The position numbers and the translations under genes were made by a program. Positions 20,386-31,380 of a DNA stretch of 64,000 bases are shown here, in pieces (position 1 is the first letter of the stretch; the number at the start of each line of letters is the position of its first letter). The notes beneath the pieces were generated by a model. That model did not search any database, had not been told where the DNA came from, and worked only from the letters and a program-made list of their open reading frames with translations. Location of the stretch: assembly GCA_000405605.1 (NCBI GenBank), contig ASPA01000002.1:16998-80997 (forward strand). The letters are read 5' to 3'. Source of the DNA: Atribacteria bacterium SCGC AAA255-G05. Lineage in GTDB: Bacteria; Atribacterota; Phoenicimicrobiia; Phoenicimicrobiales; Phoenicimicrobiaceae.

Positions 20386-21303
20386 TTGAACAAATTAAAC
20401 GCTAAGCTAAAAGTTGTAAGAAATAATAATCTGCAGAAAAGGAGACGATATTTAGGTATATTTTTTCTAGTACCGGCACTTGTTATAAGTCTGTTGGTAA
20501 TAGGATATCCACTATTGCAAATGTTAAACTTAAGTTTTAGGGAGTATAATCTAATGCGTCCGACAACTCTTGGAAAGTTTATTGGCATTACTAATTTTGT
20601 TCGTGCTTTCACAAATTATAAGTTTCGCAATTCTCTGGGAACTACTTTGATCTTTACTTTCCTTGTAACCATTTTAGGATATATAATAGGGTTGTTTTCT
20701 GCTTTACTTTTAAATTCTCTTAAAAAAGTAAAAGGATTTTTTACTGTGTCTATTTGCCTTCCCTGGGCAATTCCAGGAGCTATAGCAGCTTATATCTTTT
20801 TACAGCTTTTTCAAAGTCCTGGCGGAATCATCACTTATTGGATTTCCATAATTGGCTTAGATGTGAGTTGGATTACTCAAAAGCTGCCGAGTTTATTTTT
20901 AGTAGTTATAGTTGCAACGTGGAAGAGTTATCCGTTTGTAACCATGGGATTATTGGCAGGTTTACAGACAATTCCTAATGAAATATATGAAGCTGCATCA
21001 ATCGATGGAGCTTCAAACTTTAGAAAACTTTTTTCCATCACTTTACCCGCACTCAAGCCAATAACAACTGTGCTTCTTATACTAAATGGAACGTGGGCTT
21101 TCAAAAATTTTGAAATAATCTGGATCCTTACAGGAGGTGGCCCTGCACGATTTACTCAGACTCTTGGAATAGACCTCTATAATAAGGCTTTTGTAAATTT
21201 TAATTTTGGATACGCATCTTCAATAGGCGTTATAATGCTTATTATCAGTCTATTTATTATCTTTCTCTATATGCGCTTGATGATGAAGGAAAGTTTTTAT
21301 TAG
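20386..21303 (+). CDS. ABC transporter permease (MalF/UgpA-like).
   Basis: Six transmembrane segments and an EAA-like loop 'EAASIDGASNFRKLFSITLP'. A TTG at 20386 follows 'aaagagga'. The supplied ORF starts at 20245, which is probably an upstream over-extension. Confidence 0.7.
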   Translation: MNKLNAKLKVVRNNNLQKRRRYLGIFFLVPALVISLLVIGYPLLQMLNLSFREYNLMRPTTLGKFIGITNFVRAFTNYKFRNSLGTTLIFTFLVTILGYIIGLFSALLLNSLKKVKGFFTVSICLPWAIPGAIAAYIFLQLFQSPGGIITYWISIIGLDVSWITQKLPSLFLVVIVATWKSYPFVTMGLLAGLQTIPNEIYEAASIDGASNFRKLFSITLPALKPITTVLLILNGTWAFKNFEIIWILTGGGPARFTQTLGIDLYNKAFVNFNFGYASSIGVIMLIISLFIIFLYMRLMMKESFY

Positions 21304-21332
21304 TAATTTATTTTCTAAAGAAAGGTCTGTCT

Positions 21333-22163
21333 ATGATAAATAAAAAACAGAGACTTTTAATAAATATTATAGTACTTTTACCTTTTGCCTTTTTTGCTTT
21401 GTTCCCAATATACAGCATGCTTGTTTTATCTTTTTCCAGTGAAAAAAGCTTAATGGCTTATCCTCCTAAAATTATACCGGGAGAATATACATTAAATGCA
21501 TGGCGGAATGTATTCACTACTCGGCCTGTAGTTAAGTGGTTAACCAATTCAATAATCCTCACAAGCTTATCAACATTAATCTCTATAGTTGTAGCAATAT
21601 TTGCTGGGTATAGTCTTTCCAGGTATAAAAACCAGTTCAGCATTGGTATTGGGTATTTCTTTTTTGCAACAAGGATGGTTCCTTCAACTCTCATTATTAT
21701 CCCTCTCTATATACTATTCCAGAAATGGGGAATTATCAACAAATATCCATCGGTAATTCTTGCCTATATTAGTTTCCAAGTTCCTTTCGCTTCTTGGATG
21801 ATGAAGAGTTTTTTTGACAGTATTCCAACATCTTTGGATGAGCAGGCCATGGTGGACGGATGCACTGAAATTGGAGCTCTTTTCAGGATTATACTCCCCC
21901 TATGCCCTGCAGGGATTATGGCATGTATCTTAGCCGCATCTGTTCTTGCGTGGGGTGATTACATGTTTGCACGTACATTCTTGAGTCAAAATGAGTTGTT
22001 AACTATTACTGTTGGCATTAAAACATTTTTTCAGGAATATCGGTTTCATTGGAGTGAGATCATGGCTAGTTGCCTTTTAGGAACAGTTCCACTAATTTTC
22101 TTATTCTTACTGTTCCAGAAATCTCTAGTAAAGGGGCTTGCTAGTGGTGCTGTAAAACAATAA
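21333..22163 (+). CDS. ABC transporter permease (MalG/UgpE-like).
   Basis: Six transmembrane segments and the EAA motif 'EQAMVDGCTEIGALFRIILP'. Confidence 0.8.
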   Translation: MINKKQRLLINIIVLLPFAFFALFPIYSMLVLSFSSEKSLMAYPPKIIPGEYTLNAWRNVFTTRPVVKWLTNSIILTSLSTLISIVVAIFAGYSLSRYKNQFSIGIGYFFFATRMVPSTLIIIPLYILFQKWGIINKYPSVILAYISFQVPFASWMMKSFFDSIPTSLDEQAMVDGCTEIGALFRIILPLCPAGIMACILAASVLAWGDYMFARTFLSQNELLTITVGIKTFFQEYRFHWSEIMASCLLGTVPLIFLFLLFQKSLVKGLASGAVKQ

Positions 22164-22343
22164 TAAATATTGGCAATGAAAAGGTAGGGAAAGTATATTC
22201 TAAAAGAATAAAGCATAGACATAGGATTGTGGACAGAGATAGCCAAATTACAAGTTTGTATTATTTTGGTTTTTCAATACTTATTATTTATTGTCGTTTT
22301 ATTTGGTAAATATAAATAAAAGAAGGAGGATTTAATTTATAGT

Positions 22344-23990
22344 ATGCTCGATAAAGAGTATTTAGAAAAGACGCTGAGTTGGATTCCGAGAATTAATAAA
22401 TTTTCAACGGATGATCTGGAGCTTTTATCCCAGGAACTAAGCTATTTAGAACAAAGACTATCATCTTTATGGGATTTCAGTTATGTCGGGAAAGGATGTA
22501 CCTGGGATAATCCAGTTAATAAATTTATTAAGGAAGGTTCAGCAGTAAAATTTTTGTATGAGGAGTGTTGGGTTGATGATGATCAGCAAAAATCATCAAC
22601 AAAAACTCATATCCGGGATTCTGAGCCGTGTATGCTTGAAATTACACAGATTCAGGCTGCAGTAAAACAAGGGAGTTTTACGGTAGAAGATCTCATTATC
22701 TCCTGTTATGAAAAAGCTAGTCGTTATGATGGAAAAATTAATAGTTTTATTTCTATTAGAAATTTAAATGAGTTACTTCAAGATTGGAAAATTCAAAGTT
22801 TGGTTGAAGGATCTCTTACAGGAATTCCAATTGCCTACAAGGACAGCATTGCAACAGCGGGAATTAAAACAACTCATGGGTCATATGCCTTTAGAGATAA
22901 TATACCGGATGAAGATGCATATGTTGTTGACAGATACAGAAGAGAAGGTGCTATTGTATTCGGAAAGACAAACCTGTGTGAATTTGGTCATGGTGATCAT
23001 GAATTCAGTGGACTACCTTGTAATCCTTGGAATTTGAAGTACAAAACGGGTGAATCAAGCAGTGGTTCAGGAGCTGCACTTGCTGCAAGGTTTGTACCAG
23101 CTGCAATGGGTACTGACGGGTGTGGATCTATCCGTGTTCCCGCATCCTTTTGCGGTGTGGTAGGCCTTAAGCCTACTCATGGGCTTGTGAGTAATTATGG
23201 AATTACGCCAGGTGGTTGGACATTAGGCCAGGTTGGCCCAATGGCAAGATCAGTTATAGATGTCGGTATATTACTTCGAGCAATAGCTGGCTATGATTCT
23301 CGTGATCCTAGAACAAAATGCATTGAAGTCCCGGATTTTAATAGTGTAAAAATCCAAAAAAGAGGAGGTATAACTATCGGTGTTCCTAAGAGCTGGATCT
23401 ATGCTTCAGGGACAGATGTAGAAGTATATAATAGTTTTAAAATAGCTTTAGAAGTTTTGGGTCGTATTCCCGAAGTAGAGATACTTGAAATTCCTCTAGA
23501 GCTTGCTTGCTTTTCTCAAACTGTTGCTTTTACGATATTAAAGTGTGAAAAGTATATAGATATGGAACGTATTCTAAATCTCGAAATAGGACATCAATCC
23601 AAACGAAAGATAACCCAAGGAGGTTTGCTTCCTGCTTCTTGCTATATACGAGCGCGAGTTTTGCAGCAGGCTATATTTGATGAGTTCATGCAGGCATTTT
23701 CAAGGGTGGATGTCATAGTAACCCCTACGACGCCAATAACTGCAGCTACACCAAAGGAGACTATTGGATGTAATAATGACCCGACTTTCGGCGGTTCGGA
23801 GTTCACATCTGTAGCTAATCTATTAGGAGCTCCTGCACTTTCAGTCCCAGCTGGGTTTTCATCAAGGAATCTACCCATTGGTCTACAGTTCATGGGGGTG
23901 CCATACTCCGAAGTCCTGCTTCTATATCTTGGGCGGGAGTTTCAGAAAAATACTGATTGGCATACACTTATCCCCACTTTAAAAGAATAG
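22344..23990 (+). CDS. Amidase (amidase-signature family).
   Basis: 'GESSSGSGAALAA', a Ser-cisSer-Lys triad region and 'GMQVIG'-like C-terminus. ~100-aa N-terminal extension. Confidence 0.8.
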   Translation: MLDKEYLEKTLSWIPRINKFSTDDLELLSQELSYLEQRLSSLWDFSYVGKGCTWDNPVNKFIKEGSAVKFLYEECWVDDDQQKSSTKTHIRDSEPCMLEITQIQAAVKQGSFTVEDLIISCYEKASRYDGKINSFISIRNLNELLQDWKIQSLVEGSLTGIPIAYKDSIATAGIKTTHGSYAFRDNIPDEDAYVVDRYRREGAIVFGKTNLCEFGHGDHEFSGLPCNPWNLKYKTGESSSGSGAALAARFVPAAMGTDGCGSIRVPASFCGVVGLKPTHGLVSNYGITPGGWTLGQVGPMARSVIDVGILLRAIAGYDSRDPRTKCIEVPDFNSVKIQKRGGITIGVPKSWIYASGTDVEVYNSFKIALEVLGRIPEVEILEIPLELACFSQTVAFTILKCEKYIDMERILNLEIGHQSKRKITQGGLLPASCYIRARVLQQAIFDEFMQAFSRVDVIVTPTTPITAATPKETIGCNNDPTFGGSEFTSVANLLGAPALSVPAGFSSRNLPIGLQFMGVPYSEVLLLYLGREFQKNTDWHTLIPTLKE

Positions 23991-24341
23991 AATCGGGAGG
24001 AGGAGAATCACATATGAGTAACAGAAGAAAAGAAATTTTGTATCATATAAGTCAGAAAAAAGGTAGCTACATAGCTGAATGATCGGTATATTCCAGATGT
24101 CAACTAAAATGAGGGCTCTAAACGGTTTTACATTAAACTTTGATGATATACTGAATGTTTCGGAGTGGCAGAAGAGATTTGCCCCATTTATACAGAGCAG
24201 ATTTCCAGAAATTAGCGTCTGAGCACACCATTACAGTAGTTTCAAGTGGAAACATTACTGGAAGGTGTCCAATTAAATAATAAAACTTGAAAATATTGTT
24301 TACTTAAAGGCAAGGAATAACCAATCGAAGGGATTTACAAA

Positions 24342-25235
24342 ATGAAAATTTCTGTTTTTCCAAAATGCTACATGGATGAAATTTGCATTCATCATACAAT
24401 GACGGTATTTGATTGGATTGAAGACTCAAAAGTTCTTGGAGCCGAAGGGTTAGAAATGTATGAGGGGTTCTTTGCAAGTTTAGATGAGGTTTACCTTAAC
24501 TCGGTTGGTGAAGCAATTCAAAAAGCCGGATATGCAATGCCCATGCTTTGCTGTTCGCCTGATTTTACAAATCCCGATCTAAGTAATCGAAAACGAGCCA
24601 TTGAGTATGAAGCGAAGATGATTAAAGTAACTCGCCGTTTGGGTGGCCCAAAAGCGGCTTGTCGTATATTAAGTGGCCAGCGTTATCCGCAAGTTAGTAG
24701 GGAACAGGGCATTAGGTGGGTTGTTGAAGCGATTGAGCAGTTACTGCCGGTTGCTAGAGAGAATGACATTATTTTGGTAATAGAGAACCACTATAAGGAT
24801 GGCTATTGGAAGTATCCAGAATTCGCGCAAAAGCAAGATGTATTTTTAGAGATTGTGAATTCAATCAATGACCGGGAGTATTTTGGTGTTCAATATGATC
24901 CGTCGAATGCGATCGTAGCAGGAGATGATCCTATTGAATTGCTCCGTAAAGTGATTGATCGTGTTAAGACTATGCACGCCAGTGATCGATATCTAGAACC
25001 TGGTTCCACTCTAGAAGAATTGCGCCAAAGCGATGGCACAATTGGATATTTCTCTAAACTGAAGCATGGAGTGATAGGAAAAGGATTAAACGATTATAAT
25101 AAAATTTTTAAGTTGCTTTCTGAGGTTGGTTACGACGGCTGGGTTAGTATCGAGGATGGGTTTAACGGTATGAATGAGATGAAGCGGTCCATTAATTTTC
25201 TTAAAATGATGCGAAATAAATATTTTAATAAATAG
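24342..25235 (+). CDS. Sugar phosphate isomerase/epimerase (xylose isomerase-like TIM barrel).
   Basis: 'ENHYKDGY', 'QYDPSNA' and 'VSIED' motifs of AP-endonuclease-2/TIM-barrel isomerases. Confidence 0.7.
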   Translation: MKISVFPKCYMDEICIHHTMTVFDWIEDSKVLGAEGLEMYEGFFASLDEVYLNSVGEAIQKAGYAMPMLCCSPDFTNPDLSNRKRAIEYEAKMIKVTRRLGGPKAACRILSGQRYPQVSREQGIRWVVEAIEQLLPVARENDIILVIENHYKDGYWKYPEFAQKQDVFLEIVNSINDREYFGVQYDPSNAIVAGDDPIELLRKVIDRVKTMHASDRYLEPGSTLEELRQSDGTIGYFSKLKHGVIGKGLNDYNKIFKLLSEVGYDGWVSIEDGFNGMNEMKRSINFLKMMRNKYFNK

Positions 25236-25270
25236 TTTGTATTCAGTATAAAGTAGAAAGGAATATATTA

Positions 25271-26308
25271 ATGAAAGCAGTTGTTAAATTTGGACGCCAT
25301 GATGGTGATGTTGAATTAAGAGAAGTCCCTGAACCAATTATTCAGCCCAATCAGGTATTAATAGAAGTAGTTGCGGTCAGTGTTTGTGGTAGCGATATCC
25401 ATCTTTGGCATGAGAACCAAAGCTGGCCGATTAAGTTACCAGTTATTTTGGGGCATGAGTTCTCCGGAAGAATTATTGAAATGGGTCCCCAGGTTTCAGG
25501 CTTTCACGTAGGAGATCGTGTAGTCTGTGAAACCGCTGCAGAAATATGTGGACAATGCATTTATTGTTTGACCGGTAACTACAATTTTTGTCCGAAACGT
25601 AAAGGTTATGGTAATTTGATTGATGGGGCTATGACGCGCTATGTCGCGGCACGTCCGACAATTTTGCATCATATTCCAGAAAATATTTCATTCGAACATG
25701 CAGCGTTGACAGAACCTATCTGTGTTGTAAATAAGGCATTAGTGGAAAAGAGCAGCATAAAACCAGGGGACATGGTAGTCATTCAAGGCAGTGGAGCAAT
25801 TGGTCTGTTAGCGCTTCAATTACTAAAGCTTAGTGGTGTTAGCACTCTTATTGTGTTGGGCATGGATATTGATTTGAACCGTTTGGAACTTGCTAAGAAG
25901 CTTGGTGCACATTACACTATTAATGTCCAGCGTGAAGATCCTATGAAATTGATTCGGTCTTTAAGAGACGGTTTGGGTGTTGACTGGGTTGTAGACTGCA
26001 CAGGTGTTAGTAGTGCATTAAAGCAAGCTATGGAGATGGTACGGCCTAGCGGTGGTATTACCAAGATTGGATGGGGACCAGAACCACTTGACTTTAATCT
26101 AGACCCACTGGTTGCTAAAGCAGTTACTCTTCAGGGATCTTTCAGTCACACCTATGGAACATGGGAACGTACACTGTATTTGATGGCATCGAGCCAGCTT
26201 GATCTGGACACTATTATTGGTGGAGTTTACCCAATTGATGAATGGGAAGAAGCTTTTGTAAAGATGGAAAGCGGACAGAATATAAAATCTATAATTAAGA
26301 TTAACTAA
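25271..26308 (+). CDS. Zinc-dependent alcohol/polyol dehydrogenase (MDR family, sorbitol/threonine-DH-like).
   Basis: 'GHEFSGRI' catalytic zinc site, structural zinc cysteines 'CGQCIYCLTGNYNFC', and 'GSGAIGL' NAD-binding motif. Confidence 0.85.
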   Translation: MKAVVKFGRHDGDVELREVPEPIIQPNQVLIEVVAVSVCGSDIHLWHENQSWPIKLPVILGHEFSGRIIEMGPQVSGFHVGDRVVCETAAEICGQCIYCLTGNYNFCPKRKGYGNLIDGAMTRYVAARPTILHHIPENISFEHAALTEPICVVNKALVEKSSIKPGDMVVIQGSGAIGLLALQLLKLSGVSTLIVLGMDIDLNRLELAKKLGAHYTINVQREDPMKLIRSLRDGLGVDWVVDCTGVSSALKQAMEMVRPSGGITKIGWGPEPLDFNLDPLVAKAVTLQGSFSHTYGTWERTLYLMASSQLDLDTIIGGVYPIDEWEEAFVKMESGQNIKSIIKIN

Positions 26309-26339
26309 TAAATGTAATTTAAAATGAAACCTATTATTC

Positions 26340-26997
26340 AGATTTTTTAGATGTTACAAAGATCGACGAATCATTAGAAAATGCACAAGCTGCTCTTCGT
26401 GCTGGTGTAGATTGTTTGGAAACTGGTACATCGCAGATTCTATCAGAATGTTTACGTTGCATTGAATCCATACACAAGAAATTCTCAGAAATATTGATTG
26501 GTGCAGATTTGAAAACGATGGATGGTGCTGGCCTTGAAGCAGAGATGATGTTGAAGGCAGGTGCTAATATGGTGGTTGCGATGGGGCAGATGCACGATGC
26601 AAGCATTATTGAACAAGTCAAAATTGCAAAAAAATGTGGTAGCAAAGTAATGTGTGGTGTGATGCTTTGTGAAGATAAGCCTGTTAGAGCACGTTAGACC
26701 AAGGAATTAAGCGTTGATTATATTATCGTGTATACAGAGTTTGATGAGCGTAATATGATTCCCTGACTCAGCCCATTAGACGATCTCCAATCAGTACTAG
26801 AGATGGTGGATATTTCAGTGCAAGCTGTCGATGGCCTTTCTACCAAACAAGCAATTCAGACCCTAGAGATGCGTGCTAAAATCGTGGTGTTCGGTGTACC
26901 GTTAGTTATTAGTGGTACTGAATTTAAAGTAGCTAACCCGAACTTTGAAGACATTATTTGGGATATTATCCAGTGTGTTAAGAAGATTGAAATTTAA
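26340..26997 (+). pseudogene. Decayed 3-hexulose-6-phosphate synthase / 3-keto-L-gulonate-6-P decarboxylase-like gene (OMPDC superfamily).
   Basis: Fragments 'LDVTKIDESLENAQAALRAGVDCLE', 'DLKTMDGAGLEAEMMLKAGANMVVAMG' and 'VDISVQAVDGLST' lie in different frames, separated by stops. There is no start codon for the first part. Confidence 0.55.
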
Positions 26998-27355
26998 ATT
27001 AAGTGAAGCGAATATATAAATATGCGATTTTTTGAATCGATTAAACTAAATATTTTTATAAAGTCAAGTTAGGGAGGTCTGGCATGTTAGTGGGTAGAAG
27101 TCAATAGAAGCCATATTAGCTGGTTAATACTAGTGAAGGGTTGAACATGAAGTGGGGGATTAACATGGTAGGTTCGAGAAACATATTAAAAAGGAAGAAA
27201 ACTCTACCAAGAGTCTACCCTGGAAAGAAAGCGGTGTAGCTGCCGACCAATCAGGGAGAGTCGAGTATGTACTCGGTACAAACCAAAGATTAATTCCGCG
27301 GAGAACTCCGTAGTGCTTTATGAACCAACTGCCATATACCGAACGAAACGTACGG

Positions 27356-27410
27356 CGGAGTGAGTAGGACGGTAGATGAACTGCTCATCTACCGTCCTAC
27401 TCACTCCGCT
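27356..27410. repeat. Perfect 25-bp-stem inverted repeat (hairpin) in intergenic space.
   Basis: The sequence 'gcggagtgagtaggacggtagatga-actgc-tcatctaccgtcctactcactccgc' has no mismatches and no U-tail. Confidence 0.6.
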
Positions 27411-27516
27411 AAATTATTTGGATATTAAATTGTCATAAATATATTGCGCTATTGCATTTATGATTATTACAAGTATAAAATATTCCAAAAAAATTTTATA
27501 AAGGGAAGGCAATTAT

Positions 27517-28446
27517 ATGCGTGGAAAAGTATTGATTACTTTGACTAAAAAAGAGCAAGGAATTGTTGAAAAATTATCTAATGAGTTACTTAGAAAGAAG
27601 GGCTTCGAGGTAATTTCATTTTATGAGGATCCTATGTTAAGTGAAGATAAATTAATTGAAGTAATAAAGGATATAGATGGATATATTGTAGGGTTAGAAA
27701 AAATTAATGAAAAGGTTTTAGAAGCAGCTAAGAAGTTAAAAGTTGTTTGTAAGTTTGGAGTTGGAACTGACAATATAGATATTAAAGCAGCAGAAAAGCA
27801 CGGAGTGAAGGTTGCAAATTGTCCAGGGTCAAATAGTAATGCAGTGGCTGAACTTGCATTGGGGTTAATGATTAGTTTAGCTCGGAGAATACCCCAACTT
27901 AATTTTGAAGTTAAACAGGATAAGTGGCCTTATCATATTGGTGCAGAAATATCAGGAAAGGTGTTAGGAATTGTAGGTTTAGGAAATATAGGTAGGAGTC
28001 TTGTAAAACTTGTAAGAGGTTTAAATATGAAAGTTTTAGTATATGATATTTATCAGGATAATAATTTTGCTAAAGAACATAGCATTAAATATGTTAAGCT
28101 AAACGATTTAATAAAGCAGTCAGATTTTATTAGTGTTCATATCCCTTTGACTAAAGTAACAAATAATCTTATAAATTGTGAGGAGTTGAATGCTATGAAG
28201 CCAACAGCCTACCTAATAAATACGGCTCGTGGAGGTGTAATTAACGAAGAAGCATTATATAAAGCCATTAAAGAAGAAAAGATTGCAGGAGCAGCTTTGG
28301 ATACGTTTGTAAATGAGCCACCAGTAGGGTCTCAACTTGTTAAAAGTGATAGGATTATTGCTCTTCCCCATATTGGGGCTGCAACATATGAAGGGATAGA
28401 AAAAACAGCAAAGATGGCAATTCAAAATGTAATTAATATTATATAA
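27517..28446 (+). CDS. D-isomer-specific 2-hydroxyacid dehydrogenase (phosphoglycerate/glyoxylate reductase-like).
   Basis: 'GIVGLGNIGRSL' NAD-binding motif and the catalytic residues 'R…E…H' ('NTARGGVI', 'ALPHIGAAT'). Confidence 0.85.
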   Translation: MRGKVLITLTKKEQGIVEKLSNELLRKKGFEVISFYEDPMLSEDKLIEVIKDIDGYIVGLEKINEKVLEAAKKLKVVCKFGVGTDNIDIKAAEKHGVKVANCPGSNSNAVAELALGLMISLARRIPQLNFEVKQDKWPYHIGAEISGKVLGIVGLGNIGRSLVKLVRGLNMKVLVYDIYQDNNFAKEHSIKYVKLNDLIKQSDFISVHIPLTKVTNNLINCEELNAMKPTAYLINTARGGVINEEALYKAIKEEKIAGAALDTFVNEPPVGSQLVKSDRIIALPHIGAATYEGIEKTAKMAIQNVINII

Positions 28447-28960
28447 AATGGAAAGAACTTTTTAATGAGCAATTAGTTGACTTTTTTAATAAGCCGAATC
28501 CTCGACAATTTATACACATAACATATGGTTCTGTTTTACAGGCAAAGAATGATGAAGGAAAATATATCTTTAAAGGTAGGATTTATCAGATTTTATTCTG
28601 CCATGAAGAAGACTATTATCGGGAACTTTCTGATCATATTAGAAAACATTTAGAATTTTTAATTAGTATTTAGTATTGTGTATTATATAGCGAAAAATAA
28701 AAAGCGAAAAGCACAAAACAAAATTTGTATCTCGTATCTCGAGATCTTATCTCGTATATTAGTGTAAAGCGGATAGATTTAAAAAGAAATATACAATGCT
28801 CTATTTATAAATGATTCTAAATTATAATTTTCGCTTAATTGGTCGTTTTGCCTTGCAATCAAAAAGTCTGTTTTAACTAACTAACAAGATAACTGAATAA
28901 TTTACTATCTATGAAACCATTGAACTTAAGGAGGAAAAGTTAATACAAGGGAATTTGAAG

Positions 28961-29270
28961 ATGTTTAGCCTCGAAGGGAAGACTGCAGTGATTACTGGTG
29001 ATGCAAAGGTTTTAGAATTTGCTATTGCCCCATGGGATTAGGCAAGGTAGGGACCAAAGTAGCCCTATGTGATATTGCAAATGCCAATAAAGTTGCAAAG
29101 CAATTGTAAGAGCATGGAGTAACAGCTAAAGGATATTATATAAATGTAATGGATATAGAAAAAATACAGTCCTGCAGAGATGAGGTAATCAGAGATTTTG
29201 GTAAAGTTGATATTTTGCTTAATGCCGCCAGAGAGAACACAAATAATAAGTTACTATTAATATACAAGGG
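28961..29270 (+). pseudogene. Decayed short-chain dehydrogenase/reductase (KduD/2-deoxy-D-gluconate 3-dehydrogenase-like) N-terminal fragment.
   Basis: 'MFSLEGKTAVITGDAKV' (TGxxxG motif) is followed by frame breaks. 'HGVTAKGYYINVMDIEKIQSCRDEVIRDFGKVDILLNAA' lies in another frame and the gene is then truncated. Confidence 0.55.
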
Positions 29271-29436
29271 GTTTGATTTATCAACCCCGTGAACCCTGGG
29301 TCGGATAAATCCGGTCCCTATTCTAAAAAAATAATTTATACAAAAAGTTTTGAATTTAAAATTATTGTTTTTTGCTTTTAACTTCAGCCTTTTAACTTAA
29401 CCAAATACTAAAGATTAATTAAAGAGGAGGATTAAT

Positions 29437-30720
29437 GTGCTGTCAATTGAGAATCTTAATGGAGATTTAACAAATAAACAATTAGAGGGAATCATAAAGG
29501 AAAGTCTAAAGGATTTTAACGCGATAAAACGAGTTCTCCTAATTCATCCTGATTATACCAGAATAGATTTCTCAAATAGATTGGTTCCTCTCATATATCA
29601 AGAATTAAAAAATAGAGGTATGAAACAGATTGATTCTTTAAATGCCGGTGGTACTCACCGAGCAATGACGGAGAAGGAAATTCGAAGTAAGTTGGGCATT
29701 TCTTCTCAGGTTAGTTTTGATAATTATTACAACCATGAATATAGTAACCCTCAAAAACTAGTAACTGTGGGGGAGATTCCCGCCTTTTTTGTAGCAGAAA
29801 AAACTCAGGGAGAACTCTCTCAGTCTATCCAGGTAGTGGTAAATAAATTAATTACCGAAGATTATGATTTGATTATTGCCTTAAGCGGGACAGTTCCCCA
29901 TGAAGCTGCCGGTTATGCGGGAGGACTAAAGGTCTTTTTCCCGGGAATTTCCGGTCCGGAAGTAATAGATTTGCTTCACTGGACGGCAGTACTAATTGGC
30001 ATTCCTCAGGTTATCGGAACTGTCGATAACACTACTCGAGAAGTAATAAATAAAGGTTCTTCTTATATATTTAGTAAGATAAAAGCACCGACAATTTCTT
30101 TTAATATGGTTTCTGGAGAAAAAGAACATCGAGCAATACCAAAAGGCTTATATGTAGGTTTGGGATTCGATGGCTTTATCGAGGCCTATAAACAAGCAGC
30201 AAGAGCAAGCTCTCAGCTCCACGTAACTTATTTAAATGAATCTCTTAAAGTCGCTGTTCAGGTCATTGACAAAAATTATGATGAGATTTGGACTGCTGGG
30301 AAAGGTTCCTATAAATTGCAGAGCCCGGGAGTAATGGCCCCAGGAGGAGAGATAATTATCTACGCCCCTCATATCAAGTGTTTTCATTCCCGATCGAAGA
30401 TGGATTTTGTCTTAAGGCAAATAGGTTATCATTGTAAGGATTATGTAAAAAAGTATTTAGAATTAAATCCTGAGTTTAGTAAAAATATAGCTGCTCATGT
30501 GATATGTGTTAGAGGAGAAGGGAGTTTTGATATTAATTCCGGGAAGGAAGAGTTTAATTTTAAAGTCACTTTAGCTACCGGAATTTCTAAAGAAATTTGT
30601 GAATCAGTAGGATTAGGTTATCGGCATCCTGATTCAATTCACCAAAAAGATTTCATCGGACCAGGAAAACTGTGGATTGAAAATGGAGGAAAATATCTTT
30701 ATAAAATAAAAGATTGTTAG
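29437..30720 (+). CDS. LarA-like protein (nickel-pincer-dependent lactate racemase/epimerase family, DUF2088).
   Basis: GTG start after AGAGGAGG. 'HPDYTRI' and 'NAGGTHRAMT' resemble the LarA DxTR and GTHR motifs. The length, 427 aa, is typical. Confidence 0.6.
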   Translation: MLSIENLNGDLTNKQLEGIIKESLKDFNAIKRVLLIHPDYTRIDFSNRLVPLIYQELKNRGMKQIDSLNAGGTHRAMTEKEIRSKLGISSQVSFDNYYNHEYSNPQKLVTVGEIPAFFVAEKTQGELSQSIQVVVNKLITEDYDLIIALSGTVPHEAAGYAGGLKVFFPGISGPEVIDLLHWTAVLIGIPQVIGTVDNTTREVINKGSSYIFSKIKAPTISFNMVSGEKEHRAIPKGLYVGLGFDGFIEAYKQAARASSQLHVTYLNESLKVAVQVIDKNYDEIWTAGKGSYKLQSPGVMAPGGEIIIYAPHIKCFHSRSKMDFVLRQIGYHCKDYVKKYLELNPEFSKNIAAHVICVRGEGSFDINSGKEEFNFKVTLATGISKEICESVGLGYRHPDSIHQKDFIGPGKLWIENGGKYLYKIKDC

Positions 30721-31380
30721 AATCCAAATCTATCTTAAGCAATCATCCTATAATCGGTAAAATAACCACAAAGGAGGAGGTTATTTGAAATTACTTGTGT
30801 AGTACGGATTTCCGCCATAAAAACGTTTCACTAATATATTGATAAATATCTTTTGTTTTTTTACCTCTTTTATAATAAATCATAATAGAATAATAATGTA
30901 ATAATAAACACCTATACCTTGTATTACTGGAACTTTAAATATAGACATCTATAATAACTATACTTATCGGGTATATATAGATGATGTACTATGGGGAACG
31001 AGTGATTGGAATGGGGATATTACGCTTGATAATGTTCCTCTCGGATATCATAATATTCATGTTCAATCTACTGCATTTCCTTATTATTATATTGGCGATA
31101 CTGATACAACCATCAATTGCGGAGTAAATAATGTATATATTATGGTATTTTGTAGTATATAAATAATTACATGTGAAGTAGACATCTTAAAATTTATAAA
31201 TTAAACCCAAATTTAACTATATAAAAATTAAAAATAAAGCAGTACGCTTTTAAATTAAAAGGACAATTCAATATTTTCCATCATCATATTCTCCTTAAAA
31301 GTTCTGAAAGCGTCCAATAGGGGGAGCCAGACAATAACATAGACAGACTTTCTTTGTTGAGGTTCTGCCTTTTTAAATTC

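Noticed and set aside
24014-24082. 22-codon ORF MSNRRKEILYHISQKKGSYIAE with a strong GGGAGGAGGAG ribosome-binding site after the amidase gene
   Set aside because: The ribosome-binding site is attractive, but the ORF is very short and no conservation could be assessed. It is left uncalled.
27100-27480. tmRNA / RNase P / SRP RNA in the GC-richer intergenic stretch
   Set aside because: None of the signature motifs were found: RNase P 'GGAAAGTCCGGGC', the tRNA-like CCA end of tmRNA, or the SRP domain IV GNRA helix.
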